Positions 44,188-56,350 of a stretch of DNA of 64,000 nucleotides are shown here, in pieces. The notes beneath the pieces were generated by a model. That model had not been told where the DNA came from, did no database searches, and saw only the letters and a program-made list of their open reading frames with translations. Position 1 is the stretch's first letter, and each line of letters begins with the position of its first letter. Source of the stretch: Planctomycetota bacterium (GTDB lineage Bacteria; Planctomycetota; UBA1135; UBA2386); the NCBI GenBank assembly GCA_965228735.1, contig OZ245838.1, positions 5,344,001-5,408,000 on the forward strand, given 5' to 3'. Made by a program: the position numbers and the translations under genes.

Positions 44188-45669
44188 ATGGTGCGTCGCC
44201 CGTTCATCGCGTTCGTTCTCGGTTGGCTTGCCTTCGCTGCGGTCGTTGCAGCGCAGGACGGGGCCGACTCGAAGCGACCCAACATCCTGTTCTGCATCGC
44301 GGACGACTGGGGTTGGCCGCACGCGAGCGCCTACGGGGACGCGGTCGTCGAGACGCCGGTGTTCGATCGGGTGGCGCGCGAAGGTGTGCTGTTCGAGCAC
44401 GCCTACGTCGCGAGTCCGTCGTGCACCCCGAGCCGGAACGCGATCCTCACCGGGCAGTATCACTGGCGGCTCGGTCACGGCGCCAACCTGTGGTCGTCCC
44501 TCGACGTCGCGATCCCGGTCTATCCGCTGCTGCTCGAGCGCGCTGGCTACCACGTCGGGCACTGGCGCAAGAGCTGGGGGCCGGGCCGGCTGAAGGTCGG
44601 TGGCTACACGGACACCCATCCGGCGGGCAAACGCTACGGCAAAGGCTTCGCGCAGTTCCTCGCCGCGCGCAAGGACGGCGCGCCGTTCTGCTTCTGGCTC
44701 GGGGCCCACGACCCGCACCGCGGCTACGAGAGGGGTTCGGGGCGGAAGTCGGGGATGAACGTCGACGCGGTCGAGGTGCCGGGCTTCTACCCCGATGTCG
44801 AGACCGTGCGGTCGGACATCGCCGACTACTACTTCGAGGTGCAGCGCTTCGACAGCGACGTCGGCAAGGCGATCGCGCTGCTCGAAGAACGTGGCGAACT
44901 CGAGGACACGATCATCGTCGTGACCGGGGATCACGGCATGCCGTTCCCGCGCTGCAAGAGCAACCTCTACGACATGGGCGTCCGGGTGCCGCTCGCCGTG
45001 CGCTTCGGGCGTCGCGTGGCTGGCGGACGCACGCTGCGCGACTTCGTGTCGCTCGTCGATCTCGCGCCGACGTTCCTCGAAGCCGCAGGGGTCGAGGTTC
45101 CCAAAGTGATGAACGGGCAGTCGCTGTGGCCGCTGCTCGAATCTGAAGCGAGCGGCATCGTCGATCCCGAGCGCGATGCCGCGGTGTTCGGCAAAGAACG
45201 CCACGTGCCGTGTCGGCCGGATCACTCCGGCTATCCGAGCCGCGGTATCCGGACCGAGCGCTGGGCCTACATCGTCAACTTCGAGCCCGACCGTTGGCCT
45301 GTCGGCGATCCGCCACTCTTTGGCGACACCGATCCGGCGCGTGCCGTCGGCAAGGGCATCACCAAGGGCTACATCCTCACGCACGGCGGACCCGATGCCC
45401 CGAGCGACGATCCGCTCGTCACCTCGGCCGTGCAGCAGGCGTATCGACTGTGCTTCGCGAAGCGCCCCGCGATCGAGCTCTACGACATGACGAACGACCC
45501 GGATCAGCTGCGCAATCTTGCTGCCGTTCCCGAGCACCGGTCAGTCGTCGCACGGCTCGACGCGCGTTTGCGTGAGTTCCTGCGTGCGACAGAGGACCCG
45601 CGAATCATCGGCGGGTCCGAAGCGTTCGACGCCTACCCGTATTACGGCGGCAGCGCCTGGAAGCGCTGA
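44188..45669 (+). CDS. Sulfatase (S1, sulfamidase-like)
   Basis: PNILFCIADD, CTPSRNAILTG, DPHR and GDHGMPFPRCK. Confidence 0.93.
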   Translation: MVRRPFIAFVLGWLAFAAVVAAQDGADSKRPNILFCIADDWGWPHASAYGDAVVETPVFDRVAREGVLFEHAYVASPSCTPSRNAILTGQYHWRLGHGANLWSSLDVAIPVYPLLLERAGYHVGHWRKSWGPGRLKVGGYTDTHPAGKRYGKGFAQFLAARKDGAPFCFWLGAHDPHRGYERGSGRKSGMNVDAVEVPGFYPDVETVRSDIADYYFEVQRFDSDVGKAIALLEERGELEDTIIVVTGDHGMPFPRCKSNLYDMGVRVPLAVRFGRRVAGGRTLRDFVSLVDLAPTFLEAAGVEVPKVMNGQSLWPLLESEASGIVDPERDAAVFGKERHVPCRPDHSGYPSRGIRTERWAYIVNFEPDRWPVGDPPLFGDTDPARAVGKGITKGYILTHGGPDAPSDDPLVTSAVQQAYRLCFAKRPAIELYDMTNDPDQLRNLAAVPEHRSVVARLDARLREFLRATEDPRIIGGSEAFDAYPYYGGSAWKR

Positions 45670-45889
45670 GCCCAGCCGCGCTGCGCACGGCATTCGCCCG
45701 TTACCAACGGTGGTTCGAGCGGTAGTCGAGGCACCCCTCTTTCGCGTTTCCACTCCCCGAGGTGGAGTATTCGCCTGTCCCAATTGCCATGGCTCGCCGC
45801 GCCGCTCGCGGTGCCGTGAGTTCGTGGCGCCCGGCTGGTGACGGCCGGTTCGGTCACGGTCGGTGGCCGGTCGTCGCTACCGTCGTGTC

Positions 45890-46453
45890 TCAACGGGGAG
45901 CGAGTGCGTAGAGTCCGCGGCGTCCGCGAGCGACGCCTGCGGCCGGCAGATCGAGGCCGCAACGTAGTTCGCCGACCGTCATCCGGAGCAGATCGTCGTA
46001 GTCACGATCGCGCTCGGTCGAGAGCAGCGAGCGGCCGCGGTTCTGGCGCCACGCCCGGATCGTGCGCACCGGCGCGATGCCGAGCCCGAGCAACGTCCCG
46101 AACACGACGATCGCGCCGACGTAGAGCCCGAGGCCGCGCAGGCCGCCGCGCAGTTCCCAGGCCGAGATCTCGCCTTCGCCGCGCAGGTCGGTCCCGTAGC
46201 CGGTCACCACGTGGTGCAGGTCGTGCCGCATGATCGCCCAGCGGTGGCGCGGCATGTTGGGCACGCTGAACCGGATGCCGAGGAACGCGGCTTCGGTCCG
46301 CGGCGCGTCGTAGCCCGCGCGGGTGAAGCCGTTCTCGTCGAGATAGGCCTGCAGCGCCTGATCCGCCGGCCATGCGGCCGGCAGCGGGCGGTCGAGATCG
46401 GGTCGCATTCGCGTCGGACGGGCAACGTCGGCAACGGCGCCGGATTTCGTCAT
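45890..46453 (-). CDS. Coq4-like HDxxH protein
   Basis: HDLHHVVTGYGTDLRGEGEISAWE; ATGA overlap with the upstream gene. Confidence 0.65.
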   Translation of the reverse strand: MTKSGAVADVARPTRMRPDLDRPLPAAWPADQALQAYLDENGFTRAGYDAPRTEAAFLGIRFSVPNMPRHRWAIMRHDLHHVVTGYGTDLRGEGEISAWELRGGLRGLGLYVGAIVVFGTLLGLGIAPVRTIRAWRQNRGRSLLSTERDRDYDDLLRMTVGELRCGLDLPAAGVARGRRGLYALAPR

Positions 46454-47757
46454 CCCGGCTTCGAACCGGACGGCGGCGAGTAGTCGAAGTAGCCGTCCCA
46501 GAGCCGGTCGAGCACGTGCTTGGCCTCTCCCAGCGGCACCGCGCTTAGTTCGTCGGTTGCGCGGTCACGCGCGACGAGTCCGAGGCGCTCGAGCTTCTGC
46601 GTCGCGTCCTGGATCTCGAAGTCGGTGTCGCGTCCGGCGCGTTCGCGCAGCCAGTCCTCGATGCCGCGGTCGAGGGCCTCGGCCGTGTGCGGAGACCCGG
46701 ACGTGAGCAGGAACCAGTAGGCCAGGATCGCCTCCTTGCACTCCTCTTCTTCGGCATCGTCGATCAGCCGATGCAGCACGCCCGCGTTGTTGTCGAGGTT
46801 CTTGAAGTAGAGGTTCTCCGTGAGCGCCTTCAGGAAGCTGATCTTGCGCTGCTTGAAGCGGTTGACCTGGCGCACGATGAAGGCGCCGAGCGTGCCGAGA
46901 CCGACCCCGAGGGCGACGAGCTTCGCGTCGTCGATCTCGACGTCTTCTTCGCTCAGGCCGAGCCAGACCATGATCAACGACGCGACCAGCAACAGCGTGC
47001 CCGCGAGCTTGGTCGCGACGACGACGATGCCGCCGACGAACGCGGGCACGCCGATCAGCAGCTTGTCGATCAGCTTCATGCGGACCGCGGTGTTGGGGAA
47101 CACCATCTCGAGGTCTTCGGCCGGCACGTCACGAAACAGCTTGAGCACCGTCGACCCAGGAACGAACGGGAGCGCCTTCCGGCCCAGCGCCTCGAAGTAG
47201 GCGGCGGGCTTGAAGCGCACCATGAGCACGACGCGGCTGAAGTTGAGGAACGACACCTCCTGCTTGCGCAGGCCGTACAGCGTGCGCACGGTCTCCGAGC
47301 GTTGGTGGCGGCCGCGGCGGAAGAGCAGCAGCTCGTCGAAGTCGTCGAAGTCGACCTCGAGACGCACCTTGAACAGTGATTCGCCGACGAGCGAGGCCTC
47401 GAGCGTGGCCTGCTGGACGCGGTCGTAGTTCGCGGAGCGCAACAGGCGTTCGAGGCCGTCGCGCAGCCCGGCCCGGCGGTCATCGAGTTGTTGCGCCGTC
47501 AGGTCCTCGACCGGTTGGGTATCGGCGTCGGGATCGAACGGGGCATGGCACGCCTTGAGCTGCTCGAGGTGGTCGTGGAACTCGAAGTGAAAGACCGCGG
47601 CGACGAGCTGGCAGAACTCCCGGAAGGCCTCGCGTTGGTCGTCGTCGAGCCGCGGATCCGTCGCGCAGAGCTCGACGACGTCGCGCTTGCTCAGCGGGAT
47701 GAAGTTCTCGCGCAGGTCCGGCGGCGGATCGGTGGGGTCGTCGGGGGCTGCTGCCAT
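46450..47757 (-). CDS. TMEM143 / DUF3754 family protein
   Basis: RENFIP, LKLFRDVPAEDLEMVFPN, LYFKNLDNNAGV and AEEEECKEAILAY. Confidence 0.85.
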   Translation of the reverse strand: MAAAPDDPTDPPPDLRENFIPLSKRDVVELCATDPRLDDDQREAFREFCQLVAAVFHFEFHDHLEQLKACHAPFDPDADTQPVEDLTAQQLDDRRAGLRDGLERLLRSANYDRVQQATLEASLVGESLFKVRLEVDFDDFDELLLFRRGRHQRSETVRTLYGLRKQEVSFLNFSRVVLMVRFKPAAYFEALGRKALPFVPGSTVLKLFRDVPAEDLEMVFPNTAVRMKLIDKLLIGVPAFVGGIVVVATKLAGTLLLVASLIMVWLGLSEEDVEIDDAKLVALGVGLGTLGAFIVRQVNRFKQRKISFLKALTENLYFKNLDNNAGVLHRLIDDAEEEECKEAILAYWFLLTSGSPHTAEALDRGIEDWLRERAGRDTDFEIQDATQKLERLGLVARDRATDELSAVPLGEAKHVLDRLWDGYFDYSPPSGSKPG

Positions 47758-47898
47758 GCCGGGGGTGTAGCCGCCGGGGCGCGATCGCGCACGGGCGAAC
47801 GGCGCGGATTGATCGCGCGGTTTTCCATGGGCCGAAGATGCGCGCGATGGCCGCCGATTCGGGTGAGTGGCACGGGCGCCGCGGCTACGGTTCCGGCC

Positions 47899-50800
47899 AT
47901 GAGGATTCTCTGTGCCGTTCTCTTCGGCCTCGGCGCCGCGCTCGCTCAGGACGCCGAGGGCATCACGTCATCGACGCTGGCGGGGATGAAGTTCCGCAAC
48001 ATCGGGCCCGCGCTCGCCTCGGGTCGCATCGTCGACGTCGCGGTCGATCCGGGCGATCGCTCGCGGTGGTACATCGCGACGGCGGCGGGCGGACTCTGGC
48101 GCACGCAGAACGCGGGCACGACGTTCGAGCCCGTGTTCGATTCCGAGTCGGTGTACTCGATCGGCTGCGTGACGATCGATCCGAGCAACCGGCATACGAT
48201 CTGGGTCGGCACCGGCGAGAACAACAGTCAGCGCAGCGTGGCGTGGGGCAACGGCGTCTACCGGTCGCGCGATGGCGGTGATTCCTGGGAGCACATGGGG
48301 CTGCCCGAGAGCGAGCACATCGGCAAGATCGCGGTCGACCCGCGCGCGTCGAACGTCGTTTGGGTCGCGGCGCAAGGGCCTTTGTGGCGCGACGGCGGCG
48401 ACCGCGGGCTCTACAAGACGACGGACGGCGGCGCGACGTGGAACAAGGTGCTCGAGATCAGCGAGCACACGGGCATCAACGAGGTGCACCTCGATCCGCG
48501 TGATCCGGACGTCGCGATCGCGAGCGCCTATCAGCGTCGACGGCACGTCTGGACGTTGATCAATGGCGGTCCCGAGTCCGGCATCCACAAGACGACCGAC
48601 GGCGGGAAGACGTGGCGCGAGATCACGAGCGGCCTGCCGAGCGTCGACAAAGGCAAGATCGGCATCGCGATGTCGCCCGTCGATCCGGACGTCGTCTATG
48701 CGATCATCGAGGCGCAGCGCGGCAAGGGCGGCACGTTCCGTTCGACGAACTGCGGCGAGAGCTGGAGCAAGATGAGCTCCAAGGTCAGCACGAGTCCGCA
48801 GTACTACAACGAGCTCATCTGTGACCCGAGCGACGTCGACACGGTCTACTGCCTCGACACCTGGACATCCGTGTCCAAGGACGGCGGCAAGACGTTCGCC
48901 AACGTCGGCAACAAGCATCGGCACGTCGACGACCACGCGCTGTGGATCGACCCGCTGGACCCTCGGCGCCTGATCATCGGCGGCGACGGCGGGCTGTATC
49001 AGTCGTTCGACGCGGGCCAGAACTGGGACTTCTGCGAGAACCTGCCGATCACGCAGTTCTATCGCGTCAGCGCGGACCAGGCGTTGCCGTTCTACAACAT
49101 CTACGGCGGCACGCAGGACAACAACTCGATGGGCGGGCCGTCGCGCACGACGAGCCTCGCGGGGATCACGAACGAGGACTGGTTCGTCACGGTCGGCGGT
49201 GACGGCTACGAGGCGCAGGTCGACTGGCGCGATCCCAACATCGTCTACACGCAATGGCAGTACGGCGGCCTCGTGCGTCACGACCGCCGGAGCGGGGAGC
49301 TCACGGACATCAAGCCGCGGCAGGCGCCGGGTGAGCCGCCGATCGTGTGGAACTGGGATTCGCCGCTGATCATCAGCCATCACAGCAACACGCGGCTGTA
49401 CTTCGCGGGTGACCGGCTGTTTCGCACGGACGATCGCGGGGATTCGTGGAGGGCGATCAGCGGTGATCTGACCCGCGGGATCGACCGCGACCAACTGCCC
49501 GTCATGGGACGCATCCAGGAGGTCGACGCGGTCGCGAAGAACGCGTCGACGTCCGTCTACGGCAATTGCGTGTCGTTGTCGGAGTCGCCGATCGACGACA
49601 ACGTGCTGTTCGTCGGCACGGACGACGGCCTCGTGCACGTGACGAGCGACGGGGGCGAGAGCTGGACCAAGATCGAGGCTGTCGATGGCGTGCCGGAGCA
49701 GACCTACGTGAGCCGGCTCGAAGCTTCGCGGCACAGCGTCGACCGGGTGTATGCGGCGTTCAACAACCACAAGCGCGGCGACTTCGCGCCGTATCTGTAC
49801 GTCAGCGAGGACCGCGGTCGCTCGTGGCGTTCGATCACGGCCAACCTGCCAGCACCACACGTCGTGTGGGCGCTCGTCGAGGATCACGAGAACCAGGACC
49901 TGCTGTTCGTCGGCACCGAGTTCGGCCTCTGGGTGTCGTTCGACCGCGGCGGCGAGTGGGTGCAGATGAAGGGCGGCCTGCCGACGATCGCAGTGCGCGA
50001 CATCGAGATCCAGCGGCGTGAGAACGACCTGATCCTCGGCACGTTCGGGCGCGGCTTCTACGTGCTCGACGATTACACCCCGCTGCGCGCGATGAGTGAC
50101 GAACTGCTCAGCAAGGGCGCGCATCTGTTCGGTGTGCGCAAGGCGCCGCTCTACATCCAGCGCAGTCGCCTCGGGCTCAACACCGGGCTCGGGTCGCAGG
50201 GCTCGACGTTCTACTCAGCACCCAACCCCGAGTTCGGCGCGCTCCTGACGTATCGGCTCGCGGAAGGGTTGCAGACGCGGAAGGAACGTCGCGAAGAGGC
50301 GCAGAAGGCCGCCCGCGCGGGCGGCAAGGACCTGCCGTATCCGAGCGACGAGGCGATGCGCGCGGAGCATCGCGAGAACGAGCCCGCCGTGTTCCTCACG
50401 ATCCGCGACTCGGAAGGCGAAGTCGTGCGACGCGTCGACGCGCCGCGGACCAAGGGCCTGCACCGTGTTGCGTGGGACCTGCGGTATCCGGCCGCGACCC
50501 GCATCCAGCTCGGCGACGGCGGCCCGGGCGCGCCGTGGTCGATGCCCGCGGCCGGCCCGCTCGTCCTGAGCGGCACGTTCTCGGCGACGCTGCATCAGGA
50601 GATCGACGGTGCGGTGACCCAGCTCGCCGGGCCGGTGTCGTTCGAGGTCGAGGCGCTCGATCTCGCGACGTTGCCCGCGCAGGACAAGGCCGCCGTGCTC
50701 GCGTTCCAGCGCGAGGTCGTCGAGCTGCGCCGCGCCGTGCGCGCGACCAATCGCGTTCTCGGCGAGCTGCAGTCGCGCGTCGATCACGTGCGGGTCGCGA

Positions 50801-51156
50801 TCCGGCGCGGCGGTGTCGATGCGGCGTTGCTCGCGCGCGTCGAGACGCTCGATGACACGCTCGCCGATCTGCGCACGAAGCTGTCGGGCGACGGTTCGCT
50901 GTCGAGTCGCAACAAGCCGGCGCCGATGGGGATCAGCAGCCGCATCGAGAACGTCGCCGGCTCGCAGCTCTACACGAGCTCGGCGCCGACGAAGACCGAG
51001 CGCGATGCCTACGGCTTCGCCGCGGACGCGTTCGGCCCGGTGCTCGAACAGGTGCGAACGATCGCGACCGTCGAGCTGCCGGCGATCGAGCGCGAACTCG
51101 AGATCGCGGGTGTCGGCGACACTCCGGGGCGCCTCCCCGTGTGGCAGAAGAAGTAG
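47899..51156 (+). CDS. VPS10/BNR-repeat beta-propeller protein (putative glycosyl hydrolase)
   Basis: FRNIGP..SGRI, many S.DGG.TW Asp-boxes, GGTQDN; signal peptide from ATG 47899. Confidence 0.9.
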   Translation: MRILCAVLFGLGAALAQDAEGITSSTLAGMKFRNIGPALASGRIVDVAVDPGDRSRWYIATAAGGLWRTQNAGTTFEPVFDSESVYSIGCVTIDPSNRHTIWVGTGENNSQRSVAWGNGVYRSRDGGDSWEHMGLPESEHIGKIAVDPRASNVVWVAAQGPLWRDGGDRGLYKTTDGGATWNKVLEISEHTGINEVHLDPRDPDVAIASAYQRRRHVWTLINGGPESGIHKTTDGGKTWREITSGLPSVDKGKIGIAMSPVDPDVVYAIIEAQRGKGGTFRSTNCGESWSKMSSKVSTSPQYYNELICDPSDVDTVYCLDTWTSVSKDGGKTFANVGNKHRHVDDHALWIDPLDPRRLIIGGDGGLYQSFDAGQNWDFCENLPITQFYRVSADQALPFYNIYGGTQDNNSMGGPSRTTSLAGITNEDWFVTVGGDGYEAQVDWRDPNIVYTQWQYGGLVRHDRRSGELTDIKPRQAPGEPPIVWNWDSPLIISHHSNTRLYFAGDRLFRTDDRGDSWRAISGDLTRGIDRDQLPVMGRIQEVDAVAKNASTSVYGNCVSLSESPIDDNVLFVGTDDGLVHVTSDGGESWTKIEAVDGVPEQTYVSRLEASRHSVDRVYAAFNNHKRGDFAPYLYVSEDRGRSWRSITANLPAPHVVWALVEDHENQDLLFVGTEFGLWVSFDRGGEWVQMKGGLPTIAVRDIEIQRRENDLILGTFGRGFYVLDDYTPLRAMSDELLSKGAHLFGVRKAPLYIQRSRLGLNTGLGSQGSTFYSAPNPEFGALLTYRLAEGLQTRKERREEAQKAARAGGKDLPYPSDEAMRAEHRENEPAVFLTIRDSEGEVVRRVDAPRTKGLHRVAWDLRYPAATRIQLGDGGPGAPWSMPAAGPLVLSGTFSATLHQEIDGAVTQLAGPVSFEVEALDLATLPAQDKAAVLAFQREVVELRRAVRATNRVLGELQSRVDHVRVAIRRGGVDAALLARVETLDDTLADLRTKLSGDGSLSSRNKPAPMGISSRIENVAGSQLYTSSAPTKTERDAYGFAADAFGPVLEQVRTIATVELPAIERELEIAGVGDTPGRLPVWQKK

Positions 51157-51177
51157 GAAGCAGCGGCGCCGGCGCGA

Positions 51178-52599
51178 TCAGTTCGCGTCGGCGCAGGCCT
51201 TGCGGGCTTCCTTCAGGCGCCGCAGTTCGTGCTTGTCCGTCGGGGCCCGTTCGATCGCCGCGTCGATCACGGGCAGGGCCGCCTTCGTCGGGTTCTGTTT
51301 CAGATACATCGCGATGCGCCCGTTCTGGGTGCAGCCCTGCTTCAGGATCGCGATGAGTCGCTCCGTCAGGTCGTCGCCGCCGATCGCGATGACGGCATTG
51401 CACGCGGCGTTGGCGACGTACTTCGGCGCGGTGGCCGTCACTTCGAGGAGCGCGTCACAGGCCTTCGGGCTGCCGATCATTCGGAGCGCATGTGCCGCGC
51501 CGCCGCGGTAGTCGTTGGTCTCGTCCTCCTCGCGCAGCATCTCGATCAACGTCGGCACGGCTGCCTCACCGATCGCCGCGAACGCGTTCTGGCAGTCGGA
51601 CCAGACGGGCCCGGCCTTGCCGCGCATCAGTTCGCGCAGGACGGGCAGCGCGTCCGCGCCGACGATGGTCGGCAGGTGCGACACGGCGTAGCGCCGCAGG
51701 TCGTCGGGTTGGTCCGCGGCGCGGGCGGCTTCGAAGAACCGATCCGCCGCGACGGGCGTGCCGGCGCGCGCGAGCACGACGGCGGCGCGGAGGCGCAGCG
51801 CGAGCGGCTCGTCCTCGTCGTGAAACAGCGCGATCGCGGCCGGCGTCGCGGCCTTGAGTGCGTCGGGTGGCCGCGTGGCGAGCACGTCGAGTGCGAGGCT
51901 GCGGCCCTCGACCGTGCCGCGCGTCGTCCATTCGGCGATGCGCGCGACGTCGGGCTCCTTCACCTCGGCTTCGGCGATGTCGATCTCACGCATCTTGTCG
52001 CCGATGGCCACGACGACGATCGAGTTGGAGGCTTCGTCGAGGAACACGCCCTTCGACCACCACAGCGAACTCACGGTGCGGGTCGCGCCCTCGGGGATGC
52101 CGTCGAACAGCTCCGCGACCGTCAGGCTCACCGTTTCCTCGCCCTTGTCGTTCACCCAGATCACCGCCTTCGCCGTGCCGAGGCTGTAATACTGCTCGAA
52201 CAGCAGGAATCCGGGCAGCGCGTCGGGCACGAGCACCTCGTAGGGCAGCTGTGCGACCGTGCCTTCGGCCAGCAACTCATCGTCGGGGTCGCGGTCGATC
52301 GCCTTCGGGTTCTTCTTCAGCTGCGCGCTCGTCACGGACCCGGGACTGACCGGGCCGACTTTCGCGTGCCGTTCCGGGCCGCGTTCGCAGTATTCGAACG
52401 TGATGCTCTGGCCCTTCTTCGTCTGCTTGATGACGACGTAGCGCCGGCCGCTTGGCGACACGACCCGTTGGTTCTTGAACGGCATCCACGAGTCCGGGAT
52501 CGCCCAATCCGGAATCGCCCGATCCGGGGCCCGATCCGGGAGCGGACTCGTGGGGGTCAGGAACGCGGCGAGGGTCAGAACGAGGAGTTTGCTGCTCAT
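51178..52599 (-). CDS. Secreted HEAT-repeat protein
   Basis: Signal peptide, N-terminal beta region, C-terminal HEAT repeats (AFAAIGEAAVPTL, AAHALRMIG). Confidence 0.75.
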   Translation of the reverse strand: MSSKLLVLTLAAFLTPTSPLPDRAPDRAIPDWAIPDSWMPFKNQRVVSPSGRRYVVIKQTKKGQSITFEYCERGPERHAKVGPVSPGSVTSAQLKKNPKAIDRDPDDELLAEGTVAQLPYEVLVPDALPGFLLFEQYYSLGTAKAVIWVNDKGEETVSLTVAELFDGIPEGATRTVSSLWWSKGVFLDEASNSIVVVAIGDKMREIDIAEAEVKEPDVARIAEWTTRGTVEGRSLALDVLATRPPDALKAATPAAIALFHDEDEPLALRLRAAVVLARAGTPVAADRFFEAARAADQPDDLRRYAVSHLPTIVGADALPVLRELMRGKAGPVWSDCQNAFAAIGEAAVPTLIEMLREEDETNDYRGGAAHALRMIGSPKACDALLEVTATAPKYVANAACNAVIAIGGDDLTERLIAILKQGCTQNGRIAMYLKQNPTKAALPVIDAAIERAPTDKHELRRLKEARKACADAN

Positions 52600-52818
52600 G
52601 CCGATCTCAGGGTAGCGGGCTCGTTGTGCTCCGGGACGGCTCGGCGCCCTCGGGCGACGGGCCCTTCGCGGACGGGCGGGGCCGTTTGCAACGTGGTTCG
52701 CGGAACGGGGTTCCCGGACGGCAGCGTTTTCCGGATCGTGGCGGCGCCTCGTCCCGGATCGCTGCCCGCCGGAACCCGGCCGTCGCGGTAGTGCCGAGCC
52801 TGGGCTACCGTCGCGCCG

Positions 52819-53241
52819 ATGCCGAACCTCAACCTCGTCCGGTCCGTCGCTGTTCTGATCGTCGCCGCGCTCATCGCCGGTTGCGCCGGCCCGTCCTACC
52901 GCGCGGGCACCACCGGTCGGCCCTACTCCGCGGCCGTGACCTACCGCGGCCTGACGTTCGTCGCCGGCAAGATCGGCAGCGAGCGCGGCCCGGGCGTGTC
53001 GTTCGAGGCCGAGGTGAACTCGGCGCTCGACGCCCTCGCGGCCGAGCTGGCGAACGACGGCCTCACGCTCGACGACTGCCTCACCGCGACGGTCTATCTC
53101 ACGGACATGGCGCGCTACCAGGAGTTCAACGCGATCTACGGCCCGCGCTTCACCACGCCGCCGGCGCGCGCGTGCGTCGCGGTGAAGGAGTTGCCGCTCG
53201 GTGCGCGAGTCGAGATCCAGGTCGTCGCCCGGTCACGTTGA
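52819..53241 (+). CDS. RidA/YjgF family protein with lipoprotein signal
   Basis: LIAGC lipobox, PYSAAV, TVYLTDM, FNAIY, PPARACV and VEIQ. Confidence 0.88.
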   Translation: MPNLNLVRSVAVLIVAALIAGCAGPSYRAGTTGRPYSAAVTYRGLTFVAGKIGSERGPGVSFEAEVNSALDALAAELANDGLTLDDCLTATVYLTDMARYQEFNAIYGPRFTTPPARACVAVKELPLGARVEIQVVARSR

Positions 53242-53310
53242 ACGTCGGTCACGTTGAACGACGGTCGCGTTTGAGCGACGGTCGCGTTGAGCGACGGTCG
53301 CGCGGAACGG
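53230..53310 (+). repeat. 5 x ~16-bp tandem repeat overlapping the RidA stop codon
   Basis: cggtcacgttgaacgt / cggtcacgttgaacga / cggtcgcgtttgagcga / cggtcgcgttgagcga / cggtcgcgcggaacgg. Confidence 0.8.
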
Positions 53311-53326
53311 TCCGGGTGGGTGCCGG

Positions 53327-56148
<2,822 letters not shown>

Positions 56149-56182
56149 GCCCGACGTGATCGGGGTCGACCGTCCCTGCGCC

Positions 56183-56283
56183 ATAGCTGGTGCTTTGAGT
56201 GTGCATGCCGTCGCGCTGGCCCGCGCCGCGTCATACATGCGGTGAACCGTATTCAAGGCTGGTGCTTTGAGTGTGCATGGGCG
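56183..56283 (+). repeat. Two direct copies of the dispersed repeat, 72-bp period
   Basis: gctggtgctttgagtgtgcatg at 56186-56207 and 56258-56279. Confidence 0.85.
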
Positions 56284-56350
56284 CCCGGCGCCGACCGGCA
56301 ACCCGACCCGACGCTCGTCTCGGCCAGATCGTGTCGCGCGCGGGTTGTGC

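Noticed and set aside
56186..56279. CRISPR array
   Set aside because: Only two 22-bp repeats, no cas genes in the window, and a third isolated copy elsewhere.
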